A program made the translations under genes and the position numbers. 64,000 bases of DNA from Octopus sinensis (Eukaryota), in contig NC_043013.1 of assembly GCF_006345805.1 (NCBI RefSeq), positions 25,668,001-25,732,000 of the forward strand. Direction: 5' to 3'. The notes under the pieces were generated by a model, which did no database searches, was not told where the DNA came from, and was given only the letters and a program-made list of their open reading frames with translations. Positions 55,801-64,000 of the stretch are shown here, piece after piece (position 1 is the first letter of the stretch; every line of letters begins with the position of its first letter).

Positions 55801-58800
55801 ACACTCCAGAAACTAATAATGCCCTTCCTGTCACCAACCTGGCTTCCCAGACCCCAGTCGAATCATCCAACCTATGCCAGCATGGAAAACGGATGTTAAA
55901 CGATAATGATGATATATACACACCACATATGACCTTTTGAGCGTTGGGTCTCATGGAGGCAGTGACATATGACTAAGACCTTTGGCAATATGCTGTGCTT
56001 GAGAAGACTCATGAAGCCAAGTGAAATTGTAGTCATGGCAGATAACGGTGTCACACAACTGGCACTTCAAGAGTGTAGTAGGTGCTTTTTACGTGCTACT
56101 GGCACAGGGGCCAGAGGAGGCTGGCAATGAGACCACGATCGGTTGGTGTTTTTTATGTGCCACTGGTATGGAAGCCAGCCAAGGCTGCGCTGGCATCGAC
56201 CACATTCAGATGGTGGCGGTGCTGGCATCATCCACATTTGAATGGTGTATATATATATATATATATATATATATCCACCTTAATGTGGATGTTTTGTTAA
56301 CATGCCAAATGCTGTGGTATTCACCTTGATGAGGACCTCTCATAAGGATGCATGGTGCATAAAAGCACTCATATTTATATTGTTGGCAGATGAGAATCGT
56401 CTGCTACAGGTGCAACTGCCAGATCACAATATTTTGACCAATCATTCTTATAGAAGGTAAAATGCTACTGAACCCTGACAAATTACAGCTTCCATTTGGG
56501 TTCCCTGTGCTTGGAAATTCCACAGAACTCAAACACTTCAAGGAATTAATTCAACATTATTCAAAACAGATGAGAAGTTCTGCTGAAATGGCAGTTCCAT
56601 TATTGTCTAAAATGCAAAATAGGAGACCAATGTGTTTTTATTCAAATAGACTGAATAATGAAATAAAACCCAAAATAAATAGGTAAGGAAATAATTTTAG
56701 TCTCAAATGCAGGTTAATGCTAATAATATAGCATGAACAGAATAAACTATCAATATTTTGCAGAAAAATCTGTCAGCAGCCAGTCTCATGGCTGGCCACT
56801 GACAAAATTATTTCCTTATCTTTCAAAACATCTCAATGCTAGTAAAGCAAACTTTGTTTCTTGACTTTCAATCATCATCATCATCATCATCATCATTTAA
56901 CGTCCGCTTTCCATGCTAGCATGGGTTGGACGGTTCAACTGGGGTCTGGGGAGCCCGAAAGCTGCACCAGTCCAGTCAGATCTGGCAGTGTTTCTACAGC
57001 TGGATGCCCTTCCTAACGCCAACCACTCCGAGAGTGTAGTGGGTGATTTTATGTGCCACCGACACAGGTGCCAGACGAGGCTGGCAGACGGCCACGCTCG
57101 GATGGTGTTTTTTATGTGCCACCGACACAGTGCCAGACGAGGCTGGCAGACGGCCACGCTCGGATGGTGTTTTTTATGTGCCACCGACACAGGTGCCAGA
57201 CGAGGCTGGCAGACGGCCACGCTCGGATGGTGTTTTTTATGTGCCACCGACACAGGTGCTAGATGAGGCTGGCGAACGGCCACGATCGGATGGTGTTTGT
57301 CATGTGCCCACCGCACTGACTACGGCACTGATGGATTTCTTGTGTGCCACAGGCACTGGTACCACAGGATACAAATTCCATTGATGTTCATCTATTTTGT
57401 CTATTTTGATTTGATTTGGTTTTCACTTGCCTCAACCGGTCTTCACAGTGTCACAAGAAGGAAGGTATGCACAGGTGGACTGACTAGTCTTGCCGGGTCT
57501 TCGGAAGGTGTTTTTTATGTGCCACCGACACAGGTGCCAGATGAGGCTGGCGAACGGCCATGATCGGATGGTGTTTGTTACGTGCCCACAGCACGGAGGC
57601 CGGTCGATGCGGAACTGGCTACGGCCACGTTCAGATGGTTCTCTTGTGTGCCACCGGCACTGGTACCACAATGTGTGTGCCACCGGCACTGGTACCACAA
57701 AGATACAGATTCCATTGATGTTCATCTATTTTGATTTGTTTTGATTTGATTTATAAACTGAATTTAACATACAATAGCGTTTTATAAAGCTAGATATATA
57801 TATCCTAAATTTGTGGAAGAATTTGTCATTGGGGCAGTTTAGCTTAATGGTAAAGCACTGGACACGCAATCATAGGGATGTGAGTTCTAGTCTCATGGCT
57901 GGCCGCCGACAGATTTTTCTGCTAAAAATTGGGATAGTTTATCCTGTTCAAGCTATATTATTAGCATTATCCTGTTTGAGAATAAAATGATTTCCTTATT
58001 TGTATCTTTCAATACATCTCAATGCTTCTAAATCAAACTTTGTTTGTTGACTTTCAACATAAGTTGAATTTAATATATGAAAATAAAGTTTTATGTAGAG
58101 GTAGAAGCCATTACAACAGTTAAACCAATTTAAGAAGTGCAGTATCATGTCTTTAACAACAATAAATTCAAACTTATTACAGGTCAATAGGCAACAGCTT
58201 TCCTTTATGACTGTTGACCCAAATCTACCATGAAAAGAAATGACTATGTTGTAGGAGACTAACTTTTAGGCTTTTCATATAAAATGCAATAATGTATGGC
58301 AAAAGAGAGAACTTGGCTGCAGGTTCTTTATGTGGAATTTCTGCAATTGAAGATATTGAGTCAATGTTGAATGATGAACGGAGAGATGAAACAGGGAAAA
58401 TTCATGAAAAAATGGGACACAGCAGTTTAGATAGATAAACTGCATAAGTGAAAATATTCAATTATAATAATCTAAGTATATTACAGATGAAATTAGGTCA
58501 TGTGATATGTATCCTAGGTCAAAACCTCATTTCAACAAATTAACAAATGACCAACTTATACTATTAAGGAATCTGACAGCAACTGTCACTTGATATTGCA
58601 GAAGCAAAACCAATATCTAAAACATGCAACAGTTATGAGTTACCCTTTCATGTTCCTCTTCAGAAAAGCAACTTCCCAATTTATTAACCAATTCTTCATT
58701 ACTTTGTTTGTTTGGTGCCCTAGGCTTTGTATGTAGTGACCATTCTGCAGAGTGGTTGATATCAGGAAGGACTTCAAGCTGTAAAAACCATACCAAAACA

Positions 58801-61028
58801 GACAGTGGAGCTTGGTGCAGCTCTCTGGTTTGTCAGCTCCTGTCAAATCATCCAAACCATGCCAGCAAGGAAGAAAGACATTAAATGATGATGATGATGG
58901 CCATGGAACTCAATTTGAAAGCAATGAGTTTTGGGAATTTTTAAGACTAAGATGATTCCCTATCATAATCCATCATCAAATGGGCAAAATGTGTGTTACA
59001 ATGGAGTCATGAGGAAAACTACTCGGTTACATCTCATGCAAACAAACAAGATACTAAAACAATGTGGTTAAGAACTGCCATTGGCTCTAATCAATGTCAG
59101 ATGTCTGCCTTCTAGATTTTTTAAATATCTCATAGAACAATACTTCATTTTAGACATTCTTAATTCACTGACACTGACAAAATTACCTCCTGCTTGGGAT
59201 TCCTTTGAAAAACATCTAGCTCCATTTTCATCTAACTCCTTTAGATGAAAAGTGATTGAAGAATTCTTTTTCCACTGCATTCCATCAATTCAATTTGCAT
59301 CAAAGAAGTATAATACAGTCCCAAAAAGTCATTTATTTGGAGCTCCTGAGTTCCATATTCAAGACAACTTTGATGAAAACTGCAAACCTTTGGACATCCC
59401 ATATCTCTTAAGAAGATACAACTGTCATCATTATTTTAATGTCCACTTGCATGGGCTGTTAGCATTTGTTGAAACAAATGCTCTACAGCTAGATGCTTTT
59501 CCTATCACCAACTCTCACCTGTTCCAAAGTAAGGTGATATTTCTCGATAACTGGGCATTTTTCATGGAAGGATTGGAAACAAAAGACACTGCATGTATGA
59601 CAATGATGTTTTATGATGGTGAACAGTAACATACACATTTACACATACTTAAATGACGGGCTTCATTCAGTTTCCCCGTACCAAATTCACTCACAAAACA
59701 TTGGTCAACCTCAAGCTATAGGAAAACACTCTTCTAAGGTGCTGTACTGTGGGACTGAACCCCAAAACCATGTGGTTGGGAAGCAGACTTCTTAACCACA
59801 CAGCCATGCCAGCAACTTAATACAAAAAAAAAAAAAGCTGATGATAAAATAACTTGGGGGAAAAAGTAGACAGTGAGGAGGACATTCCAAATCATTAACT
59901 TAATTACAGCTAATTACTGTATCAGGCCAAAAAAGAACAACAAGGTCACCTCTCAACTGGAATGATTCTATGTCGTAAAGACAAGCAATGACATCTTTTT
60001 TGTTAGATTTTGAGTTGGAGATTACTAAGTTTCGGTTTTATTCAAAACTTACTCAGCTACCTTTTTCACATTTCTCTGAAATGCTGGGTTTCTTTTATCA
60101 TGCAGAGAAATGTAAAACTAAATATTCTGTAATTATTATTATATTGTAATGTAAAGAATTATGAGTGGAGAAGTATTTTGGTCATTAGGCTGTGGCCATG
60201 CTGGGGCAATGCTTTGAAGAAATTATAGTCAAATGAATCGATCCCAGTCCTTTTTGTTTCTAAGCCTGGTACATATTCTATTAGTCTCTTCTGCCAAACT
60301 GCTAGATTATGGGGATGTAAACACACCAACACCCATTGTCAAGTGGTAGTGGAGACAAAACAGATACACATACATACATCTGTGTGTGTGTATGTATATG
60401 TATATATATACACCGTAGAAACCCATGTAATTTATGCCCTCTTTTTTGTAAAAATAAACTTTAGTGGGTGTGTAAATTATGTGAGTAGATCGTTGTTGGA
60501 AAAAGATGTACAAAACGTAGACATTTGTACTGGAAGTTGACTCATTTAATGTGAGAATAGGTATTTACAGAAAAAATAATGACTTAAATATAATGAAGCT
60601 GACTTTTATTTATGCTGGACAGTATAATGTTTACTTTTTCTGCATAAATTTACTAAAACCATTAAATGCCTAACTACTTATTGAAGTTTGACGTTCATGC
60701 TGGTAAACATATGGTCTCCATTTTACAGATTGTAAGGAAGGAGAACATTGGAGATCATCTGAAGGGGATTCCAAAATAAATAGAATTTCACCAGTTTCAG
60801 AGAACCTGCAAAGGCAATCAGTACAGTGCCTTCCACAAGACACAAAAATGAGTGGCAGGCCTAAGATTGCGTAGAAATTTGCTGAAAGCACAGGTTTACT
60901 TACTTAGAATGTGGATGATGAGAATGTCCATTTGTGTCAATACCCAACAAATGTAAGAAGAAAACGATTTTATCACTCATCAACTTCTTCATAAGGTCTG
61001 GATCTTGCTTGGCTTGATGAAAGAAATT
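9056..61028 (-). CDS. PIGN: GPI ethanolamine phosphate transferase 1, 5'-partial gene model with 25 coding exons in the window
   Basis: Hand-spliced 2256 nt give 751 aa plus stop with no frame break. It contains [23 protein letters not shown] and [15 protein letters not shown] motifs of PIGN/Mcd4; many exon lengths equal those recalled for human PIGN. Confidence 0.95.
10700..11540 (+). mobile_element. 5'-truncated RTE-clade LINE
   Basis: [29 protein letters not shown]...[14 protein letters not shown], then 3' UTR and (ATG)n tail. Confidence 0.8.
11997..12113 (-). CDS. PIGN: PIGN exon, 117 nt
   Basis: atttcag|...[39 protein letters not shown]|GTAAGT. Confidence 0.94.
14494..14569 (-). CDS. 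PIGN: PIGN exon, 76 nt
   Basis: cttttcag|...[25 protein letters not shown]|GTGAGA. Confidence 0.96.
14625..15240. repeat. Minisatellite with a 26-bp unit GACTGGGGATTGACTGGAGGAAATGC, about 20 or more copies degrading rightward
   Basis: Direct reading; period 26 (for example 14644 to 14670). Confidence 0.95.
16338..16393 (-). CDS. PIGN: PIGN exon, 56 nt
   Basis: tcttcag|...[18 protein letters not shown](S)|GTAAGC; hallmark PIGN motif. Confidence 0.96.
17001..17090 (-). CDS. PIGN: PIGN exon, 90 nt
   Basis: cttttcag|...[30 protein letters not shown]|GTATCT. Confidence 0.92.
19028..19127 (-). CDS. PIGN: PIGN exon, 100 nt
   Basis: tttccag|...[33 protein letters not shown]|GTAAGT. Confidence 0.9.
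20700..20802 (-). CDS. PIGN: PIGN exon, 103 nt
   Basis: tttgaaag|...(G)[33 protein letters not shown](S)|GTATCC. Confidence 0.92.
22875..22983 (-). CDS. PIGN: PIGN exon, 109 nt
   Basis: ttttgaag|...[36 protein letters not shown]|GTAAGA. Confidence 0.93.
23204..23405. repeat. Perfect 14-bp-arm palindrome followed by about 6 degenerate 27-35 bp tandem units
   Basis: TGTTATACTCCACT-G-AGTGGAGTATAACA, then repeats of TGAGTGGAGTATAAC..TAAGGTAAC. Confidence 0.8.
24408..24459 (-). CDS. PIGN: PIGN exon, 52 nt
   Basis: ttttgtag|...[17 protein letters not shown]|GTAACC. Bridges phase 2 to phase 0; weak sequence similarity. Confidence 0.7.
25854..25904 (-). CDS. PIGN: PIGN exon, 51 nt
   Basis: atttcag|...[16 protein letters not shown](K)|GTAAGT. 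Confidence 0.85.
   Translation of the reverse strand, partial: GSSWSYSYFLGVIQST
27068..27159 (-). CDS. PIGN: PIGN exon, 92 nt
   Basis: ttttgcag|...[30 protein letters not shown](V)|GTAAGT. Confidence 0.93.
29488..29580 (-). CDS. PIGN: PIGN exon, 93 nt
   Basis: ccacag|...[31 protein letters not shown]|GTCAGC. Confidence 0.9.
30848..30950 (-). CDS. PIGN: PIGN exon, 103 nt
   Basis: tttccag|...[34 protein letters not shown]|GTAAGA. Confidence 0.9.
31787..31859 (-). CDS. PIGN: PIGN exon, 73 nt
   Basis: tttacag|...(V)[23 protein letters not shown]|GTAAGT. Confidence 0.9.
33024..33244. mobile_element. Tigger/pogo-like MITE
   Basis: TA|CAGTAATCTCTCG ... CAAGGCATTACTG|TA: terminal inverted repeats with a TA target duplication. 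Confidence 0.7.
34181..34368 (-). CDS. PIGN: PIGN exon, 188 nt
   Basis: atttcag|...[24 protein letters not shown]...IIGFLF|GTAAGT; transmembrane segments. Confidence 0.9.
35480..35655 (-). mobile_element. Penelope-like pLTR fragment with a decayed hammerhead motif
   Basis: Minus strand reads GACAC-CTGATGA-A-GACTG..CAGCT-GAAA-C-ATT-GTGTT. Same family as 40365-40670 and 24530-24565. Confidence 0.55.
36191..36270 (-). CDS. PIGN: PIGN exon, 80 nt
   Basis: tctttcag|...[26 protein letters not shown](G)|GTAAGT. Confidence 0.93.
37074..38258 (-). mobile_element. mariner (DD34D) element, pseudogenised
   Basis: About 28-bp TIRs (TTGTGTTATCCCATAAATAATGCAG / TTGGGTCATCCCATAAATTATGCGG) with TA at both ends. 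Fragments [28 protein letters not shown] and [16 protein letters not shown]. Confidence 0.93.
38658..38714 (-). CDS. PIGN: PIGN exon, 57 nt
   Basis: catttcag|...[19 protein letters not shown]|GTAAGT. Confidence 0.88.
39080..39562 (-). other. Unassigned 160-aa ORF in a GC-richer intronic insert
   Basis: Open ATG-to-TGA frame in the ORF track. Composition differs from the flanks; no recognised motif. Confidence 0.35.
40365..40670 (-). mobile_element. Penelope-like pLTR fragment with decayed hammerhead motif and short inverted tail
   Basis: Minus strand reads TACAC-CTGATGA-A-GGCTG..GAGCC-AAAA-TGTT-GTGGT; 40365-40412 is inverted at 40620-40668. Confidence 0.55.
41227..41248 (-). CDS. PIGN: PIGN microexon, 22 nt
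   Basis: Long polypyrimidine tract plus cag|T GAA TTA ACC TCT TCA ATA CAG|GTAACT (ELTSSIQ). It is needed to bridge phase 2 to phase 0. Confidence 0.8.
42032..42252. mobile_element. piggyBac-type MITE (other copies at about 9603-9821 and 24570-24742)
   Basis: TTAA|CTCTTTCGTTAC ... GTAACAAAAGGG|TTAA. Confidence 0.75.
42306..42361 (-). CDS. PIGN: PIGN exon, 56 nt
   Basis: cattttag|...[18 protein letters not shown](S)|GTGAG. Confidence 0.9.
42848..43470 (-). mobile_element. Tandem plus inverted repeat cassette (339-bp unit) with hammerhead-like motifs; Penelope pLTR/retrozyme-like
   Basis: CAGAATAATTGTTCGGCTAG at 42891 and 43230; about 70-bp inverted arms at 43160-43230 and 43399-43470, each containing CTGATGA...GAAA. 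Confidence 0.6.
43488..43580 (-). CDS. PIGN: PIGN exon, 93 nt
   Basis: ttacag|...[31 protein letters not shown]|GTAAGT. Confidence 0.95.
44164..44465 (+). mobile_element. Non-autonomous Helentron/DINE-like element, copy 1
   Basis: Starts ACTAGC..CCCGGCGTTGCTCGGG and ends CTTTTATATATAAAGAT, inserted in (TA)n. Near-identical copy at 49389. Confidence 0.65.
44609..45908. repeat. Long inverted repeat, arms 44609-44902 and 45609-45908
   Basis: Manual alignment gives about 7 substitutions and two 3-nt indels over about 295 bp. Confidence 0.95.
44935..44994 (-). CDS. PIGN: PIGN exon, 60 nt
   Basis: ttgtag|...[20 protein letters not shown]|GTAAGT. Confidence 0.95.
48247..48287 (-). CDS. PIGN: PIGN exon, 41 nt
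   Basis: ctttcag|...(D)[13 protein letters not shown]|GTTGGT; phases fit both neighbours. Confidence 0.9.
49389..49698 (+). mobile_element. Non-autonomous Helentron/DINE-like element, copy 2
   Basis: Same termini and internal sequence as 44164-44465. Confidence 0.65.
51568..51687 (-). CDS. PIGN: PIGN exon, 120 nt
   Basis: cacag|...[39 protein letters not shown]|GTATCA. Confidence 0.95.
52667..52797 (-). CDS. PIGN: PIGN exon, 131 nt
   Basis: ttttgcag|...[43 protein letters not shown](G)|GTAGGA. Confidence 0.95.
56875..57755 (-). mobile_element. Young RTE-type 3' end with an internal 61-bp tandem repeat
   Basis: (CAT)n tail, CpG-rich; units TTTTATGTGCCACCGACACAGGTGCCAGACGAGGCTGGCAGACGGCCACGCTCGGATGGTG. 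Near-identical start at 47190-47375. Confidence 0.75.
57833..57903 (+). pseudogene. Degenerate tRNA-like sequence (SINE head or tRNA pseudogene, CGC in the anticodon position)
   Basis: D-arm GCTT-AATGGTA-AAGC and T-arm GTGAG-TTCTAGT-CTCAT are intact; the anticodon stem is broken and the acceptor stem has a mismatch. Confidence 0.5.
60904..61028 (-). CDS. PIGN: PIGN exon, 125 nt
   Basis: ttttctag|...[41 protein letters not shown](K)|GTAAGT. Confidence 0.95.
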
Positions 61029-61699
61029 CTAGAAAAGTGAAAAATGAAGCAATTAGATTTTATACTGTTGGTAGTATGCAAACAAAACAACCAACCATAC
61101 TAGTGCCAAGTAGAAAACACCAATGATGCTATCACATAAGAGGCAGTCTTTTGATGGTGCTGTGTAAAAAAGCACCCATGCTGGGGCCATGTACAAAGCA
61201 ATGGTACCATGTAAAAGCACCCAGTTACACTCTGTGAAGTGGTTGGTGTTAAGGACAGTGTCCAGCCGTAGAAACCATGCTTAAACAGACAACTGGAGCC
61301 TGGTGCAGCTCCTGTCAAATAATACAACCCATGCCAGCATGGAAAGCAGATGTTAAATGTTGTCGATGACGATGACGATAGTTTTTTTTATAACAAGTTT
61401 CCAGTTGGCCCAGCATTGGTTCAATGCATTTCATATGAGAGAGAGAGAGAGAGATAGAGAGAGAGAGAGCTGCACAACAAAAGCAGTGGAACTCATTAGA
61501 AAGCACTGATTCATTAGCTTTTTGCAATTTTTTTTTTATTTTGAAGGTGTTTGCACCTTCCACTAATAACCACAAATACATGTATAGATAGGGTTCCTAC
61601 AAAAGAGCAATCTCCCTCAATGGATGGTGTAGCACAGAGATCAGAGAATCTTTCATGGTTGAGCTGTTTGTTTTTACTTCTCTGCACTGAGAAGTCACA

Positions 61700-61900
61700 A
61701 GCTCTGGTACTACGGACATGTGATTACAATGTCACAGGAAAGAATCTCAAGATGGATTCTTCAAGCTGAGCCAACCAACAGGAGACCAAGTAGGGGTAGA
61801 CCAAGAATGAAATGGTTGGATGATATCCATAGTTCCAGTTGGTCACGTTTGGGAATTCAGCCAGAAAGCGTAGTGATGGGTGCTTCTGATAGGATCCTAC
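61700..61900 (+). mobile_element. LINE ORF2 C-terminal relic
   Basis: MSQERISRWILQAEPTNRRPSRGRPRMKWLDDI; similar piece at about 34780-34830. Confidence 0.6.
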
Positions 61901-61947
61901 CCACAAAATCCTCCTTGAATAATGGGTAGAGCATATGGTTGGGTGGT

Positions 61948-61984
<37 letters not shown>

Positions 61985-61986
<2 letters not shown>

Positions 61987-62212
61987 ATTCGAGACAAAAC
62001 CACTATTTTAAAACCAAACAAGGAAAGACTTAATCAATACATAAAATTTTAATATAAATTAAATAAACCGCCACTACAAATGTTTCATGTCTGCTACCGA
62101 CAATCTTCAGGTGGATTTTCGATCTTCTAATCAGTATCAAATTTTTACTATAAAATTGGATTTAACCCTAAATCTGATTTTTCCCTGTAATTTTGGATTC
62201 ATTCCCTAATAT
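61985..62212 (-). mobile_element. Penelope-like fragment with a near-intact minimal hammerhead motif, between (TA)n tracts
   Basis: Minus strand reads CCAC-CTGAAGA-T-TGTC-GGTAGCA-GACA-T-GAAA-C-ATTT-GTA-GTGG. Confidence 0.55.
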
Positions 62213-62213
62213 T

Positions 62214-62217
<4 letters not shown>

Positions 62218-62276
<59 letters not shown>

Positions 62277-62287
62277 CATATATATAT
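62218..62287. repeat. (TA)n microsatellite, representative of many (TA)n, (CA)n, (GA)n, (ATG)n and (AAT)n tracts
   Basis: Direct reading. Confidence 0.95.
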
Positions 62288-64000
62288 AGTAGTATGGGGG
62301 TATGTGTTGTACAATCACCATCACTGCATCCATTTGTTGGTGATTCCTGATTACTCTTGGTTGATGATACCTTTGCACAACTCAGATGACAACCTCACAA
62401 CCCATGGGTCTGTTTGGGTAATAGTTGCTGGGGAGGGCTTTATGAGGTCAGTTTAGTACTTTAATCTATCATCATCATCATCCACCGACGTTTACTTTTT
62501 CATGCTTGCATGGGTTGGATGGAATTTGTTGAGGCAGGTTTTTCTATGGCTTGATGCCCTTCCTATAGCCAACTTTCATCTGTTTCTAAGCAGGGTAATA
62601 TTTTCCCATGGCCAGATATGATTGCCATGAAAGACTGGAAATGAACAACCTCACTTATATGACAAGGATACATACAAATATATATTTTATATGATGGGCT
62701 TCTTTCAATTTCCATCTACCAAATTCACTCACTAGGCTTTGGTGGTACGTAAAAAGCACCCACTACACTCTCGGAGTGATTGATGTTAGGAAGGGCATCC
62801 AGCTGTAGAAACCTTGCCATTCCTCACTCAAACTGTCCAACCTATGCCAGCATGGACAACGGACGTTAAATGATGATGATGATGAAGACACTTGCCCAAG
62901 GTGCCACACAGTGGAACTGAGCCTGGAGCCATGTGGTTGGGAAGCAAGCTTCTTAACCACACAGCCACACTCGCACCTATTTCCAAAACAGAATTGAAAC
63001 AGGTTCTTTCTTTTTTACCATGTGGTAACACTCATTAATCATATTAGTTCTGCCTACATGTTGTTTAACCCCAGGTCATCAATCCTGACTGAACAGAATT
63101 ATGATCAAAAGTATTTCAGCCATGAATATCCCAATTTTTTTGTGTAGTGGTGATGGTGGTGGTATCAAGGACTACATTATCTAATATATTGTTTTTTTTT
63201 TTTTTACCATTTTTTAAGAAATGAAAAATGCTTTGCTATTTACATTATATTTATTATATTTGGAATAGTTTGCTCTTCAGTCATCTCTATTTTTTGCCTA
63301 TGGACCCCTTTGGTTCCCATTTTACTCTGATGGACCCTCAGGTTTAAAAAAAAAAACCTTTATATTTTTATGATTAAATATTAGGAATTGTATTAAAAGA
63401 ATGTTAAAATATTTGTGCATATTGGTCATAAACTTTAACAACAAAATCTTATATTGACCCTCCCCCCCACTTCAAGGGTTACAGGTACTTCCCAAGGGTC
63501 TTATGGACCCTAGTTGAGAACCTCTGCACGAGGCCATTGACACATACCCAGATTCACTCTACCTGATTTCACCATGAAAAAGAAATCCGGTGAGGATCCT
63601 AATCAAGTAATAATAAGTTGTTTACATCAGTTTTGCTCTGATTCACAACTTTGAAGTAAGATGTTCCAGAGACATTATGTCTGGGAACAAGAACAACAAC
63701 AAAAAAACATGGTCACAGTTGGAATGCTTTTGTTTACACACACACATGCTTATTTAGAGTTAAATTCAGGACATATAACACCAACAGCCAAATGTATTTT
63801 TGCTCTGCCGTTTTTCTTCTCTGTGATGGAAGACTTTTCCTCACCAACACATAGTGAGGGTGTCAGAGTTTGTTTAAGAGGTGTATGCATGGTTGTGTGG
63901 TAACAGGTTTGCTTCCCAATCATATAGTTCTGGGTTCAGTTCCACAGTGTGGCATTTGGGCAAATGTCTTCTACTATAGTTCGAGGCTGGACAAATCCTT

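Larger units (their letters stand above)
56400..59400 (+). mobile_element. Heavily decayed Ty3/Gypsy pol relic interrupted by younger elements
   Basis: Ordered fragments: [18 protein letters not shown] (RT connection), FKLITGQ (RNase H), GFSY..KENLAA, IHEKMGH (zinc finger), [13 protein letters not shown] and [13 protein letters not shown] (integrase core). Confidence 0.65.

Noticed and set aside
57833-57903. Functional tRNA-Ala(CGC) gene
   Set aside because: The anticodon stem is broken, the U33 position is A, the acceptor stem has a mismatch, and it continues into repeat sequence duplicated nearby.
59068-59280. Minus-strand ORF containing LKELDENG, resembling YELDENG recalled from the human PIGN N-terminus
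   Set aside because: Only about 6 residues match, the position is out of exon order, and the segment is the antisense strand of the Gypsy relic.
61029-64000. Upstream PIGN exons (expected DTWVF, WSWGSPDI and TESRPGH motifs)
   Set aside because: Not found by reading the minus strand; they presumably lie beyond position 64000.

Overview
AT-rich, repeat-dense animal genomic DNA. The RTE-LINE tails ending in (ATG)n and the tRNA-derived SINEs look like those of Octopus; this is recognition from memory, not a search. Two convergent intron-containing genes can be rebuilt by hand. (1) On +, the last three coding exons of a Gly/RG-rich protein ending ...RHFRSFTK*, most likely VIRMA/virilizer. (2) On -, 25 coding exons (61028 down to 9056; 2256 nt, 751 aa plus stop, all GT-AG and phase-consistent) of PIGN, GPI ethanolamine-phosphate transferase 1. 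The PIGN 5' exons were not found and probably lie beyond the window. Introns hold RTE fragments, SINEs, Tc1 and mariner relics, MITEs, Helentron-type elements, a decayed Gypsy pol and mini/microsatellites. The most interesting signals are: minimal type I hammerhead-ribozyme-like motifs in Penelope-like repeats in PIGN introns (four sense to the pre-mRNA, one with an adjacent antisense copy); a ~295-bp near-identical inverted repeat looping out a 60-nt PIGN exon; a 22-nt PIGN microexon; a pre-miRNA-sized hairpin between the two 3' ends; a minisatellite of decoy 3' splice sites; and an unexplained 160-aa ORF.
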